Source: Phoronis australis
Taxonomy: Eukaryota > Animalia > Phoronida
NCBI GenBank assembly: GCA_002633005.1
Contig: NMRA01000029.1
Coordinates: 1,531,796-1,595,795, forward strand
Reading direction: 5' to 3'
Length of the DNA: 64,000 nt
Each line of letters opens with the position of its first letter. Position 1 is the first letter of the stretch. The position numbers were made by a program, and so were the translations under genes. Shown in pieces: positions 25,920 through 39,400 of this stretch. Below the pieces are notes generated by a model. It was not told the DNA's origin. It made no database searches and worked only from the letters and a program-made list of their open reading frames with translations.

Positions 25920-27152
25920 AACTAGAAAGATTATTGTCACGGCGTGACAATAACGGACTCTGCGCGTGCGTATTACTGGAATTATTATGGGAACTTACTG
26001 ACAGCAACCCGTTTACCAATATGAAAAGGAATTCTTTAAAATTATAGGAGTAATGACATATTAATTATTTGATGACCTTTCCACTAAATGACCTCTTCCG
26101 GTGCATTATGAGCCCGGATTAGGGAGTAATTGTTAACTCGATTGAAAGTGTGGTTAATGCTAATAATCACAGATGTTTTACTTTAAGCACTTCAGAATAC
26201 AAAATGAATGAAGTGGTCAAAAATGCAACTAATGACCCCATGGGTGCACCAAATGACCTGAAAATTTAAAATTCAAACTCAATCGCACTTAGTAAACAGA
26301 TACGTAATTCTGAAGTCTCTAGCTCAAAATTATAGTTTGCACTCAATGACCTTTGACCTATTTTTTCTGATTGGTTAGGCCTATTGCAAAGTAAAGTAGG
26401 GTATTCAATTGGCATGTGGACTTACACCAGTGTGCTGAAATTGAAAAGAATTCCTTGAAAAACGGAAGAGATATAACATTTTGAACGTTACACGACCTTT
26501 GCACTAGTTGACCTTGTCCGGTGCATTTTAAGCATATTGAAGAGAATTATTGCAAAGCCCATGGAAAATGTGTTTAACGCTGAGAATGACAGTTGTCTAA
26601 CGGTTGACACATCAGTATACTTGCTGATTGAAAATTTCAAATTTTCAGAAGAAAAATGCACCTAATGACCCCATGTTTGCACTAAATGACCTGAAACTTT
26701 GGATTCCTATTTGATTTGCCTGTTACAATCAGACCTGTCAATTTGAAGTGTCTAGCTCAAAATTTTAGCTTGCACCTAATGATCTTTGACCCATTTCACC
26801 TGATTGGATGACCCGATTACTTAGAAAAGTAATTTTTAAATTGTCATGTTGACTTATACCTGTGCACCGAATTTGAAAAAGATAGCTTTAAAACTAAAGG
26901 AGGAGTAGCATTTTGAAAATTATACGACCTTTGCACCAAACGACCTCTTCCGGTGCAATATGGAATATGATTATATAACCAATCAAAATTTATATACTGT
27001 CAAAAGTCATATGCTGAATTTAAAGACCGTATCTGCACCCAATTTGGAGTTATTAAGCCTCAAAGTTGGTCGGAAGAAGAATAAGAATAAGAATAAAATT
27101 GAAGAAAACCCAGGAACAACAGTACTCTGCGCTTACACGGGCAGAGTAACAA
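25920..27152 (+). mobile_element. Second HINE-like family with a TGACCT-rich tandem array
   Basis: Starts aactag followed by palindrome ttattgtcacg/cgtgacaataa; ~425 bp units (26072, 26494, 26927); (AAGAAT)n microsatellite; terminal hairpin tactctgc...gcagagta. Confidence 0.75.
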
Positions 27153-27459
27153 AGCTCGTCTTCAATATGAGCAGTGTTGCAGACGTCACAAATTATTTTA
27201 CTGCGTGCTTTCGTTTTGCCCACAAGCTTCTTTAGAACGGAATCAGGTGAGTGAGTCCATCAAGACTTTAAAACAGATCTTAGGCACCGTGCAAAGGGAT
27301 ATAAATGTGGTGACATAGAGTACACACTTCCTTGGGACAGAACTGCCGGTGGAGTCCGCTACCGTCACATTATGATGAAATTGTTAGACTTGGCAATGAT
27401 TGACAATACTTAGGAAAATAAATAAAGTTTGAGTCTAATACTGGAATAAAAACTTACAA

Positions 27460-27670
27460 AAATTAGCGACTTTGCTTCCGCATCTCACAGACTTCAGCTT
27501 GATTTGTGACGTTATCGTTATTCTGGCCAATTGATGGCGTTTTGACCAGAAGGCGCGGCATTAACGTCAGAACACCATTCCATACTTGCGACAAATAGAA
27601 TCTTAAACCGCCTCTTTTATTTAAAGAGGGACTCTCAATGCGCTCATGGAGTGCTTCCTTTACCATATGA
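27460..27670 (-). mobile_element. Short Penelope-like 3' fragment
   Basis: VKEALHERIESPSLNKRGGLRFYLSQVW, the C-terminus of a Penelope GIY-YIG domain. Confidence 0.75.
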
Positions 27671-27704
27671 AATGAAGTGTTGTCCATGTATTTATGGGGA
27701 ATAC

Positions 27705-27900
27705 AAAATCCAGATACAACTGGGAGAAGGTAAAAGTGGAACTAGGCCACTTAGAAAGGTGTAGCATCATCGTGAAAATCACTGAACCAACAACATGGGT
27801 GCCAACATTAGTTTGAGTTCAGAAACGCCTTAATAGCGTCAGGTTGTGTATTTATTCCTCTACCTTAAATAAGTTTACTTCGCGCGAACACCACCCCATG
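27705..27900 (+). mobile_element. Ty3/Gypsy reverse transcriptase fragment
   Basis: KVKVELGHLERCSIIVKITEPTTWVPTLV*VQKRLNSVRLCI...LNKFTSREHHPM. Confidence 0.75.
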
Positions 27901-28325
27901 AGTGTCATCCGTGATAATGCAGTTGTTGGCAGATCTTTTGACTTGAGCATGGAAATTAAAGAATTAAAATGGCCTCCAAAAGAACAATGATAACATCTAA
28001 AGTTAAATCAGAAAGCTTACATAACATATTAGAAGCATGGTGATGAATGAAAATGTCATTTTGTTCAGAAATTCAGTCCTTCAACAGGGAGGTGTACATT
28101 TTACATATTCCAGGGTGGAGCTTATCCAATCCCAAACACATAAGGCATAACGCTCGGTGAAATCCATTTTCAGGCTTCATACAGTTGCAAATTAAAAAAT
28201 TTCGTTCCATCACCGCAGTTTTACCCAGATTTTACAAGGACTGATCCCATGCAGTGGCTGCGAGGCAAGAACATTGATTTGAGTGAGCTAGTAAGCTGTA
28301 GTTACGTTACTTGTAGTTAGCTTAG

Positions 28326-28837
28326 TCAATCATCTTGCACTCTCACAGCGTTTGTTGTAATAATGTCCAGTTAAATACATTCCGGTTGAATACTACAAAG
28401 ACAATGGAAGCACTCGAAACTAATAGACTAAATGGCCAATGGGGTTCAACACCAGTCAGCCATTGGTTGAACGCGGAATCTCCACCATTAATTGAATACA
28501 GCAGACTTTACTCGCTCCAGTTTCTGTGGCAAATGGGCTTTTGTAGCAGCAGGGTCTTCTTCTAATGCACACGTGATCTAAAAAATACAGCATTTCTGTT
28601 GTTATTGCTTTAGACCTTGTATCAAAGCACGCAGCAAGGACAACAAGAGAACTGCGTATCTCAACTCTGCTTGGAATTTGATATGCACAAGTTTAAGTCA
28701 CATCTACAATACATACGTATTCAGCTCAACAATCAATACGGTCATCCCAGATTACAGAGAGACTGAACTCTCCTTTGTCACGAAAGTAAGGGGCGTATAT
28801 TTTTCCTTTTTCTCGTTTTGGAATATGATGCACCTCT
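28326..28837. repeat. Direct duplicate of 30181-30689 (last intron end, terminal exon, proximal 3' UTR)
   Basis: Co-linear match from tcaatcatcttgcactctcacag to atgcacctct with scattered substitutions. Confidence 0.95.
28488..28577 (-). CDS. Duplicate plexin terminal exon, copy B ([29 protein letters not shown])
   Basis: Same acceptor and stop as copy A with two amino-acid changes; inside a ~510 bp duplicated block ending at the N at 28838. Confidence 0.7.
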   Translation of the reverse strand: MTCALEEDPAATKAHLPQKLERVKSAVFN

Positions 28838-29059
28838 NACCGTGTTCAAAGCTTCAAGCAGAACTTATGTCACCTGTCAGATTTTAGTAGGCGATTAAGG
28901 TGTGTGGCTGTTGGATTCTTCCCAGACAGTAAAAATTTCTTTCCAGACCATTTGACCCTGCCGTAACACAAAATGTGGTAATCAGATATTCTTCAGTTTA
29001 AAGTGAAAACTAAGAATGCATTTAAAATATATTGTATAGTACACAAAGTATAGAGATGT

Positions 29060-29222
29060 CAGTGGCAGATTTAGAGGGGAGCCAAGGGGCCATGGCCCTT
29101 CCCCCATAAAATTCTCCCAGCTTCCATTTGGCAGTTTGGGGGTGCGAATGTCTGAAGGGCAAAATTCTGGCTAATACTCTATTTGCCGTGCCCCCCAACT
29201 CAAAATCCTGGATTCGCCACTG
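29060..29222. mobile_element. hAT-type MITE
   Basis: TIRs cagtggcagatt / gattcgccactg; no clean 8 bp TSD; related end near 39290-39330. Confidence 0.55.
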
Positions 29223-29269
29223 GATGTATTTGCAAAAGTTGCACCTTGAATCCAAATAGGGGGCCATCA

Positions 29270-29362
29270 TATAAATATACACGCATATATACACATGCAC
29301 TCTTACACACACACATACACGAACACATACATACATAAACATTTTTACATACATACATATGC
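29270..29362. repeat. Degenerate (CA)/(CATA) microsatellite
   Basis: acacacacatacac...acatacatacat. Confidence 0.8.
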
Positions 29363-29422
29363 ACGAACTTTAAAATTAGCACGTAAGTAACTAACAACAT
29401 ATCTACCCAAAGTTTCGGTTTA

Positions 29423-30188
29423 TTACTCTATATCATTCTCAAGGAAACAGTTCACAGACTCAGATCCTAGACAAAGGTAATGCCACCCGCAGGCGCATTT
29501 TAACTGACCTTGGCAGCAAGTTTGTGGTGACCACCGTGAAGACACAGGAGGAGTGAATTTTGGGCTGATTGAGTAGATTTCTGGCTCATTCTCCCAGTTG
29601 ACGAGCGGGTTTTGAAACATGGGTATATCCCTGTACTAATAAGATGAACTTCTTATTTTCTGGGAGAACTTGGCATTTCTTGAAACCATGTAATGCGATT
29701 TCTATTTCCTTGAAAAGCAAATTTTTACTAGATAAGAAAAGTTCAAATTAAATAAGAAGCTGTTTTAGTTTATTTAAGTCTTGTTGAAGCTGCAAAGAAC
29801 ATTCAGGGCTGCTCCCTGCGAAGGGGTAAAAAAGCGCCGTGTCATCTGCATAAAGGTATGTGCTACATGACAGGTTATCAGGAAGGTCATTAATATAAAC
29901 CAAGAAGAGAAGAGGGCCCAATACGCTAACCTGCGGTACACCTGCGTTTGCAAATCCAGGAGGGGATGAAGTTGAAAGTACGCCGTCGACACGAACACTG
30001 TATGTTCTTTCGGAGAGATATGAGGTGATCATGTTTAAAAGATTACCAGTAACGCCATAGGATTGAAGTTTGTGAAGTAGAAGGTCGTGACGGACACAGT
30101 CGAAAGCAGAAGCTATATCTAGAAAAATGGACCTGACACTCTCGCCCTTCTCAAAATGTAAATGAATCTCATGTACTATTTCAATCAT
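29423..30188 (-). mobile_element. 5'-truncated CR1-type LINE RT fragment joined to the plexin 1 3' UTR
   Basis: FLDIASAFDCVRH, GVPQ.SVLGPLLFLVYINDL, YADD; left boundary approximate. Confidence 0.88.
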
Positions 30189-30342
30189 CTTGCACTCTCA
30201 CAGTGTTTGCTGTAATAATGTCCAGTTAAATACATTCCGATTGAATACTACAAAGACAATGGAAGCACTCGAAACTAATAGAGTAAATGGCCCATGGGGT
30301 TCAGCGCCAGTCAGCCATTGGTTGAACGCGGAATCTCCACCG

Positions 30343-30432
30343 TTAATTGAATACAGCAGACTTTACTCGCTCCAGTTTCTGTGGCAGTTGGGCTCTTGTA
30401 GCAGCAGGGTCTTCTTCTAATGCACACGTGAT
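30343..30432 (-). CDS. Plexin 1 terminal exon, copy A ([29 protein letters not shown])
   Basis: tttttag acceptor, phase 0, typical IxxALExD...LxxKLExV end, TAA stop. Confidence 0.9.
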   Translation of the reverse strand: MTCALEEDPAATRAQLPQKLERVKSAVFN

Positions 30433-33400
30433 CTAAAAAATACAGTATTTCTGTTCTCACTGCTTTAGACCTTGTATCCAAGCACGCAGCAAATACAAGA
30501 GAACTGCGTATCTCAACTCTGCATGGAATTTGATACGCACAAGTACAAGTCACATGTACAATACATACATATTCAGCTCAACAATCAATAGGATCATCCC
30601 AGATTACAGAGAGATTGAACTCTCCTTTGTCACGAAAGTAAGGGGCGTGTTGTTTTGCTTTTTCTCGTTTTGGAATGTGATGCACCTCTTCACGGGTTAC
30701 GAAGGAAACCGTTGAGGTTAAAGTAACAGAATTGATCGGGTATACTCAAGAAAGGAGACTGTGTTCGGGTCAAAATGTAACCGATGAACTTTCTGTATCC
30801 ACTTGCTTCACATTTTCCTGTCTTTGGTTGTTGTCGGGAAGGCAAAGAATTCAATATTACCTGTCCACGTAAACTGTAAATTTGTTAGGTTTATCCAACT
30901 TTCTCCCGTCGGAGTTGAAGCTGGCAGCACCACGGTAATACCCAGAGGGTAATTTTATTAGTAAATTTAATTACGTTTGTCTTTATAATTACTGAACAAA
31001 AGCGACACTGTATCATATTATATTTTGTTGTGTCTGCTGTCTCTACCGTAGTTTGCTTTCGAGATTATTTCTCCAAAATGGCGTCAGTGTTTAGAATCCA
31101 ATTAGTTGTGACAAATGATTCGTGATTACCTCAGTGTCATACTTGGTCACGTAGTCGAAGAGTTCTCTCAAGGCTGCCGGTTTGTTGAAGGTTTTGGGTA
31201 CGTTCTGGTAAACAAGGATTGAAAACATGAGCTTAGTTACACAACAGCTGACTGGTAGGCCTAACATAGAGTACATGGAAAGAATGCGTAGAAATCTAAA
31301 CCTTTTGAGTGACTAAAAACTCATCTACTGGACATACACTATGGGATTTGTTAGAGAATTATTTTCCGTGTGTCGTCCAGTCGAGACTTTATCAGGAATT
31401 TCCATATAGGTATGCACAAAATTTAGGCACACGGACCATTTTTTGGCCATAATTAATGTTTCCCAAAATTAACAGTGTCCACAAGTGTTAGTCGAAAACG
31501 AGCCTTTCGGAGCAACAAATTTCTCAAGTCTCTGAAAAACTAACGGTTTATTAACATTTACATCCAATTAGGCAAACGCAACCACATCTTGTTGTACTGG
31601 ATGAGTTTTCACTTTATAGGCCTTCGGTTCCTGGAAGCAGCTTTCGAGCCTTTGAGGTATTAGAAAGCCGAAAATTGCGTCGTTTTCAAAAGTTTCATGG
31701 GACAAAATGTGATAAGATTTGATCGCGTAACACAAACTTAAAAAAGAGAAACAACTTACTCTTGATATGTCAACCATGGCAGAATACATCTCCTGTTCAC
31801 TTTGAGAAGCCAGTTCCTGTACTCGGGCATAAAAGTTTTCAACTAATTTCTTGTACTTTACGATGTCCTTGGCAAATAGAAGTTTGTTGGTGGGCGAATC
31901 CTGAAATATCAAATGGTCTAACTCTTCAAAATTCAAACATAAACACACTTGGAGCAAAAGAATGAGAATTGTGCAAATACATTAAACAAATTTGTATTGG
32001 CAAATTTGGTTGTTTTCAAAACATTATACTTGGAGTTAAATACCTGACGAGAAGTGTTTATTTCAAGTCATTTTGCTAAAGACTGGTGGAGATTAAACGG
32101 CGAAATGTATTCCTGTAAGACGTGCTGGTTAGTTAATCGAACGACAAACTATATGAGCTATACCTTTCCGAGTCTCTGTTCTGCAGTTGAGCAAGAGTCC
32201 ATGAAAGTCTGAGCTATGACTGAAAGACTCGAGTCGACAGTGGTGGACTTGTGAATGTCAAAGACAAAGTCGGGGTTCTTGATGACGTTGACCCAGAAAC
32301 GAAGGGGAAGACTGAAAACAAAAATACCGCGTTCTTGTAATCATACTTGGGAGTAATTCTAAATTCCAAATAATTCAAAAAATCGCGGCAATTAAACCCA
32401 AAAAATCATACTTTACAGAACGATTGCTAGATTAGACCGAAAAATGGGAATTGAACAATAAACGTAACGGAGTTTATCGAGACATTCGACGATTCCAGTG
32501 GAGATGCACTTGCACCGAACGACAATACTTTTTGAACTCATTTTTAAGTTACAGCGGAGCAAACCTATATTAATGTATAAAGATGCTTGCTGTTTTAAGG
32601 ATGCAGACATCCACAGATATCAGTCTGTGTCACATCCAAATATCCAGAAAGCTGTCTGGAACAGTCTATCTAGTGCTAAAACGCTATACTTACGTCATTA
32701 GAGCCTACGTCTGACTAGAGGAGTTGCATCCTAAGAACACGACAAAGCATATTTTTCAAATCACGTAAAATCAAAAAACAAGATCCTTGTCAATGCAATT
32801 ACTTTTAAACTTGCATTTTGAGCCTCAGAAATTCCAGTATTTGAGTTGAAATACATGTTTCATAATTGCAGAGATATAGCACTTGATGCGATTTCGGCAT
32901 TCGGATATTCGTTCGTCAGGTGGCACTGAACAGCTAGGCTGAATCCCAGAAATTAAATTCTTGAGGTAAGTCAGGCTAGGCAACTGTTTTGAGTTAGTCG
33001 TTACATTTAGGCTCAGTGAATCGTTTTTTTGTATTTATGGACAAGGTGGGAATGAGAATAGCAACGTGTTCAGCTGTAGCTGCACTCTTCTTTATCATGG
33101 CCAGCCCCAATTGCATTTGAGTAACACATTCAAAGTGGCTACAATTTCAGGTAGCCCACAGACGAGACTGTACTTTTTGACCTCATTTTTTGTAATCTGT
33201 TGGAACCTCATTTTAGAATATAGATTTAATTTGGGTTTATGTCACGGATAGACATGAAAAAAATAGTTTTGGGGTGTAATTTTCCAATTTTATGTTTTCC
33301 AAGTTTTTAGCGAACATTTCTTTTCAGTAAGAGATGAAAAACCAAAAATACAAGAGAGCATACACTTTTGTGCTCATCTGTAGAGATTTAAATGTGAAAT

Positions 33401-36400
33401 GAATCAAAATTTTTCATTTTCTGCTTACTTTTTCGACATAGTGAAAAACGGTCAAAAGTCCATTGATGTGTGCTCTATCAGGCAAAACCCAATGAGTTTG
33501 TTCTATGACCTCTCACCTGTTACTTTTCCACGTGTATACTACTTCCGGATCCGTAATGCCGTGCTGTTTGGCTGACTCATCCAGAAAGTCAAACAAATAT
33601 TTGATAGCTGGAGGGAGCTGGTCGTCCACTCGTAAAATACTTTGGACGAAGTCGTCAACAAACTTTTGCAGCGTACCCTGTAACAAATAATTAAATAAAA
33701 AAGTTTCATTTGCAATAAAAATACCTCGAGTAATATCGCAGTGTCAAATAACTCCTCGGAGTTGTTCAATATCTGAGCATGGAGAGTGCTGTCCAACGCG
33801 CCGGGACAGCCATGTGAGAAAATTCGTAAAGTGCTTTTAAGTCTGTGCATTCTGCCAAAACATAAGATTTGCGTTAGGCCAATTATGCCTACAAAATTGT
33901 TCGTCCACTGTGTGACTTGAAATTTTAACTTTGGTCCGAAGAATGAACTGTCAAATCTTCCCATAACGAAACTGAAAGCACGGGCTTAATATTGCATTAA
34001 ACATGAAATGACAGTTAATTTGGAGGCAGGCTAAGCATTGACAATAACGTAAAGGACGCTTCTTGGGACCTACTTTAAGGTATTTTAATTGTGTGTTGAC
34101 CAAGCCCATTTGAGTTGTGAACTGCAGCGATACAGCTAATCATTTTCCGCTTTGAAGGCCACATGACTTGTACAATTGCAGAACACACAGAGCGGAAATT
34201 TGACTGATTGACTACAAAAATGTCAGAAATGCTCCTGGTGAATTTAAGGCTACGAAATACCGAAGATTTAGCCCGGGCGTATCATGACCTGAACAATCTT
34301 TTGATGTCAATTTAGCGCTTTCAGGATCGCGTGTCATAACGGGAACATATCGAAACAACGTCAACATTGCCTGCAAGATATGCCTTTGAATCGACCATTA
34401 GGGTTTTCAAAAGATTAATTTCATGACCATGTTTTGCCAGCTTGCTAGCCTTTCTGATGTTTTCTTCTTCGGCAATTTTCCTGTAAAATAATCAACTACT
34501 AATAGGAGCCATTACAATATAGAAAGCTACGTTTAGAGAAACAAGTACAGTGGAGCCCGCGTTATGTAAAGCAGTCAGCTTCGACGTAGATTATGGTAAT
34601 AAGCGGGGTGTTCCATTACGGGGGTTTCAACTTGGCGGTGTTCATACTCCCTCTTAATCATGCCTCTTGCAGTAGCACCAATAAACAAGAGCAACGCGGA
34701 GCGTTGAAATGCGCCCACGAATGCATCGCAAATGGTGTGCTTTTAGGGTTGATTATTTGTGTCATAAAAATGGCCACTAGATGGTGCAAAAACATACAAT
34801 CCGTCCAAAAACGGGAAAATGTCATTGCTTCTTTGATAGAAAGCTAAACACCAAATTTCATAGAAATCGGTCATGGAACTTCAGTGAAACAAAGGAAAAC
34901 AGAATAAAATGAAATTGCCACTAGGGGGCAGAGTGTTCATTGGACCGCCTGAAAGTAGTCGTTGTCTGTTGTTAGCTTCATAAAAATAAACTTACAAAAT
35001 TTAATAAAGATCCTGCAGTGGGCTTAGGAGAGGCAGCTATGGGCACAAAACAAAACAAAATTACCACTAGGAAGCGACAGAGTAGTCAAAGTCGTCATCA
35101 TCAACCGTCCTCTTCACACTGAGAACATATATGCCAACTTTCGATACCATCCTTAGAATGATTTGGTTTATAGAGAGGTAGACGCCAAAAACAGACTCGA
35201 AAAGAGGAAAAATGGCCACTAGGTGGTGCAAAGTATCTTGATCCCATTCGACAACGGGAGGGTAGCGTCATATCACCAATAGATGCCCGTATTCAAAATT
35301 TTATGAACATCTGTTCAGGACCTTTGACGGTACCAAAGGTAAACGTAAAAACTAAAATTGCCAACAGGGGGCATACGAGTAGCCAGATTCACCCCAAAAT
35401 CATCGTCGTCCGTTGTCAAGATCATATATACACACTTCTTAAAGTTAGTAAAGATCCTGCATATGGTTTAGGAGATACAGCCATGGGCGCAAAAAAGAAA
35501 CTGCCACTAGGAGGCTCCACAGTAGTCGAAGTCATCGGAAAATCAGGGATACACTTCATATAGTAAAAACATACATGCCGATTTTCACAATTATCCTGAA
35601 AGCGGTTTGGTTGATTTAGGGGTGGACGCCAAAAACAGATTCAAAAACAGTAAAAATGGCCACTAGGTGGCGCAAACTAGGTCAAATCCATCTGAAAAGG
35701 AAAAGATAGCGTCACCTCACTAACAAAAGTCTGTCCGCCAAATTTAATGAAATTACGTTGAGGACCTTTGAAGATACAGAGGTAAACGTAGAAAAATATA
35801 GTTACCACTAGGTGGCACACCAGTTGTCTGATCTGTCCGAAAGTCGTCGTCCTCTATCGCCAACATCATATAAATGCATTTACTAAATTTAGTAAAGATG
35901 CAGCAAACGGTTTAGGAGATGTAGCCATAGGCGCAAAACAACAACACTGCCACTAGGAGGCGCCACGGTAGTCAAAGTCATCGGAAAATCATCGTACACC
36001 GTCCTCTTCATGGTAAGAACATACATGACTCGAAAACAGTAAAAATGGTCAGTGGGTGGCGCAAACTACGTCGAATCCATCTGAAAACGGCAGGATGCCG
36101 TCGTTTTACTAATAAATGTCTGCATACCAAATTTTATGAAAATACATCGAGGACCTTTGACGATAGAGGTAAACGTAAAAAACTAAAATTCCACTAGGGG
36201 GCACACCGGTGGTCAGATTCGTCCGAAAGTTCGCTCATGTCGTCACATCAATCAAAGAAACACATGTGCAACGGTTTTGGAGATAGAGCAGCTGACGCCG
36301 GACGCCGCCCGGACGGACGCAGATGACGACATAAAAAGGAAACAAATATTTTCAAGGCTGCGCCGATATACAGTACGCTGAATTTAAGTTGAATTACGAT

Positions 36401-39400
36401 AGTGTGTAAACAGGCGAAGGAAAATAATTTTTTGTTTTTTAATGAAAATATTCAGGAATACAACGTATTATCATGACATTTTTGTGTTACTTTACACAAG
36501 CTCAATAGGAAATTAATCGATCTTTCGACATTTCCTAGTAATATCCAGGATCTTCTGCATGTGTAACCCCGTGTGACACAAGATGGCTCCACTGTACGTA
36601 CAGCGGTACTTGCATTTCAGTAATAGCAGCAATGACATGAAGAATTTATGTTTTAAGTTAAATTCTATCATAAAGTAAGAGCTAAGAAATTGTCGGGCGT
36701 CAGGAGCAGCAAATGAGAAAAACTACACAAGCTATGTTTACTTCATACCTTTGTAGACAAGAGCCTGGTCAGAAATATTTCAGATATAACTTTAGACTCG
36801 TCCCTTTGCTCCATGTCGTCCGTCTTCACTAAATGCCAGCATTTATTGCTTCTTTCTTCGTTCATTGTGAGCGTCACCATATCGGCGTCAGAGACAGCTG
36901 AAAAGTGACATTGGTGAGAATTTATAGAATAATTGGTCAAATTCGCTTACTTACACCAGGTGTTTAACGGCAAATATAGCGGCTGAGTATACCAATGAAC
37001 ATTAATAAGGTCCACATTCATAGGGAATATTCAAAATGAGGGATTAACGTCCTAAACACGCTTACGTCTACAGTTCAATAAAAATGTGATGTCACGTATA
37101 GCACTCGGGGAAAAAAGCTTCAATATTGTAGGTAAGTCGTGGAAATAATTGATTGAACTAAATCCCAGTTTAGGCAGAGATTCATGCTAGTAATATATAA
37201 ACAAATTTTTTTTGGTTTTCAGATTTTTCAGAGTGACATACGGAGTTTGAATTATTAAATGCAGGAAGTTACCATTTTGTGTTTCTGCATTATTACTGTG
37301 TTGTTTAGAAACGACCGCCATTTGGGAGTTGTCCGGTACTGTGTAGTGTTGCAAAGTGTTCAGTTTCTTCCAGCCCTCTTCAACTACGGATGTGACGTCA
37401 TCGTCTGATAAGGTAAGATGGCCACTGTGACCGTGCCTCCACTCTGTAGCAAATATATCAAGGTTCGTCAATTATGCCTGGAGTCCATTATTTGTGGTCG
37501 AAGTCGAACTAAAAACTATTTTTGATATTTCCGTTTAAATTTTGCACGAATTGAAGACAAATGTCTGTGTTGACTACACTGATGTGGTTCATTGTCTGCT
37601 CCTAGTCTCCACTTGATGACCCCAGCATTAAGGTATGAGTATGAATTTTTCAATCGCGAGTTTCCTCTACTGGTTCGAACTTGAACTAGAAGCTCATCTG
37701 TGTAAGCAGTTACGTACCCACGCACATAAAATATTAAACGTAGCTAGCATTTTGCATAAAGGTAAAATTTAAAATGCCATGGATAATTTCGAGTTCCAAT
37801 TCAAATACAACGAGTAGACCTTCGACACAGATGTTAACCAATGAATACATAAAGTATCCTGGCCTATGTTTCCTACATCTTATGATCTCGTGAAAACGAT
37901 AAACCACGTAAGTTTTCGCTTAATATAGCCCCGGCGTGGTTACAAACAAATCACGTAACCACGCTGACTAGTTCTAGCAATTTTCTTAGTTCTAGGCATA
38001 CTAGCCATGTACGTTCAGGGTAAAAGCGAGTGTTTTTCTTTGCCATAGTCTAAGACAAACTTTTCCGAACTATACTTAAATTTCTGCCAGCCAGAAAACA
38101 AAATTGTTTCTGCAAGTCAACCCTCGGATAAATGATGAGATGACTTATCTAACGTTCAATAATAGGCCTCTTACCAAGTTCCGTGTCCTGTGACGAAATT
38201 CGCTCTGAATATGCCGTATTTTTGTAAATGGCGTCCAACAGCTTCTCCTTAACTTGGGTTATGGTGTCACAATCAAGAACCTTCACATCCGGAATAGTGT
38301 CCCCGTTGTCTAACATTATTTCTACAGTCTAAAAAAGGATGATAGATCAATGTGTGTCCTTTGAGAGGACTCATCTGCAGTCAAAATACTATTCACCCAT
38401 ACACTTTGGCTTGTGCTAACGAATGTTTGCACGTGACAGCCTATGTAGGACACTTCAACTTTTTTGAGCCATTCACGCGTTCCAAAACAAGGCTCGCTAC
38501 GGTAGATCCGTTGGCTTATCCGCATAGTTGTACTCCGCTTTGCTCGAACGGCTAGAAAAAATACGGACACTCAGCTGTCTGTTTTTTAATCCCTAACGAC
38601 GTTGGGATTCGCAAGCGTTGGGTCCTTGCCATAGGCCTACGCACCGACGAAGGAAAATATGTCCGTGTAAAATTTATAACTGTTTTCGAAAGGTTAGGTC
38701 GTATTTTGTCGCATCTCGGTTGCCGAGCCACATAGCAACGAGGATCGGAGAATCTTCGGCCAGCCAGGCTGTGTTTTCATGACTACGGGTTGAAAAGGAC
38801 AAAGGCCTCAATTTCCTCGATTTTGTGGCCAAATATCGGCCCTATTCCCCTCTCAAAAATATTGAAAAATCACGCGAAATTCCCGGCCCCACGAGGCCTA
38901 AGTCCCTAAGTGATTGAAAATTTCTCTCCGACGTACGGTTCACATCACCTGTAACCACAGAGATGACAATTTGAAAAAGCACAAAATGCTACCTGAGACA
39001 GAGTCTATGAGAGCTTGCAACCGGGCGGATTTGCTATTGATGGTGATCGGGAGGTCAGTAGATTTTTCACTGACCCGGCGAAACATTCCCATATCAGAGG
39101 ACCGCACAGGCACCTTTCCTCTCGGATATGAACGAGGCCCCTGAAGAAACATGATAAATATGCTTGTTCCAGTGGGATCCAGGACTTTGAGTTAGGGGGG
39201 TAGGGTAAGGCAGAGTATTAGCCAGGACTTTGCCCGTCAGATATTCGCGCTCCTGAACTGTCAGACAGAATCTGGGAGAATTTTAGGGGTGGCCATAGTC
39301 CCCTTGGCTCTCCTCTAAATCCGCTACTGTGTTCTGTGCAGTTAACTGAAATTAAGCTCTTAAAGGAGGTTATGCTTTGGACGAAAGAATCAGGTGTTTT

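Noticed and set aside
28335-30715. Duplicated plus-strand ORFs (MHSHSVCC..., MICTS.../MIRTS...)
   Set aside because: They are antisense shadows of the duplicated plexin terminal exon, UTR and intron.
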